A stretch of DNA of 64,000 bases from Nitrospiraceae bacterium. Its GTDB lineage: Bacteria > Nitrospirota > Nitrospiria > Nitrospirales > Nitrospiraceae. Numbering within the stretch: position 1 is the stretch's first letter; each line of letters begins with the position of its first letter. The notes beneath the pieces are model-generated. The model saw only the letters and a list, made by a program, of their open reading frames with translations, had not been told where the DNA came from and made no database searches. Both the position numbers and the translations under genes were made by a program. The stretch spans positions 13,379 through 77,378 of the forward strand of contig JBGTMB010000152.1 in NCBI GenBank assembly GCA_041743755.1, read 5' to 3'. Of this stretch, positions 63,701 to 64,000 are shown one piece after another.

Positions 63701-64000
63701 ATGATGACTTTTCATTACCTACGACGCGCAGCCTTCTTCTTCCTTATTCCTCTCCTTGTCGCCGGCTGTGGTGGCTTACAAGAGGTCTGGGAAGGGCCTG
63801 GGGCGAAAATGTTCCGGCCTCAAGCGATTGCGGTGCTTCCACCCATGGCGAGCCAATACGACAACGCGCGTGAGGATATTCAAGAAGTCTTGTCCGGCTC
63901 CCTGAACAAAGGCGGCCACATCGAGCGTGTGATGTCTCCTGAAAATGTGACGGATATCTTCCAAGCCTCGAAAGAGGCGTTCGATGCGCTGGTGTTCTAC
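63701..64000 (+). CDS. Lipoprotein of unknown function, partial (continues past window end)
   Basis: Not in the ORF track because there is no stop in the window. Manual translation from the ATG at 63701 gives MMTFHYLRRAAFFFLIPLLVAGCGGLQEVW..., with the lipobox LVAGC. The frame stays open for 100 codons to the window end. Confidence 0.6.
   Translation, partial: MMTFHYLRRAAFFFLIPLLVAGCGGLQEVWEGPGAKMFRPQAIAVLPPMASQYDNAREDIQEVLSGSLNKGGHIERVMSPENVTDIFQASKEAFDALVFY

Noticed and set aside
1-64000. CRISPR arrays, rRNA genes, integrases, transposases or prophage genes.
   Set aside because: I looked for regularly spaced direct repeats and for recombinase or transposase motifs in the ORF translations and found none. 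The only repeats are the dispersed T1 and T2 palindromes, which are not spaced like a CRISPR array.

Overview
This is a moderately high-GC bacterial chromosomal segment from a diderm organism, since Lol, Pal, Lnt and outer-membrane barrel genes are present. I cannot verify taxonomy without a search.

- **1-21.7 kb:** One co-directional, minus-strand Wzx/Wzy-type polysaccharide locus. It holds 7 glycosyltransferase modules, 5 SAM methyltransferases, an AsnB-like amidotransferase, a flippase, a Wzy/O-antigen-ligase-like protein, a BY-kinase/co-polymerase and a Wza-like exporter. Many stop/start overlaps are of the ATGA type. A small RHH protein and an HD-GYP phosphodiesterase sit at the head of the locus.
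- **23-41.7 kb:** A minus-strand housekeeping block with comEC, glmM, folP, ftsH, hpt, tilS, ribF, hemB, a CBS protein, cobA-hemD, hemC, hemA, a ccsA/hemX-like gene, a TusA-like gene, a secreted protein and tRNA-Leu(CAA). rsmI lies on the plus strand within this block.
- **41.8-46.8 kb:** Plus-strand genes: a yggX-like gene, two tandem bifunctional-nuclease (DUF151) paralogs, rplM-rpsI, argC and argJ.
- **46.8-50.3 kb (most interesting region):** A repeat-rich spacer is followed by a tightly packed, clearly AT-richer three-gene cassette. It encodes an orphan 197-aa protein, a ParA/MinD-like deviant-Walker-A ATPase, and a stand-alone RelA/SpoT-synthetase-domain protein with all synthetase motifs intact. 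I flag it as a candidate undescribed toxSAS-type toxin-antitoxin or defence module.
- **50.6-53.7 kb:** Archaeal-type topoisomerase VI (B then A), which is unusual for bacteria.
- **54.2-64 kb:** A lipoprotein, pal, lnt, prfB with the canonical +1 frameshift site, lysS, lolCE, lolD, an outer-membrane beta-barrel and a partial lipoprotein.

Two families of short palindromic MITE/REP-like repeats sit exactly at gene boundaries. I saw no CRISPR array, rRNA, integrase or transposase.
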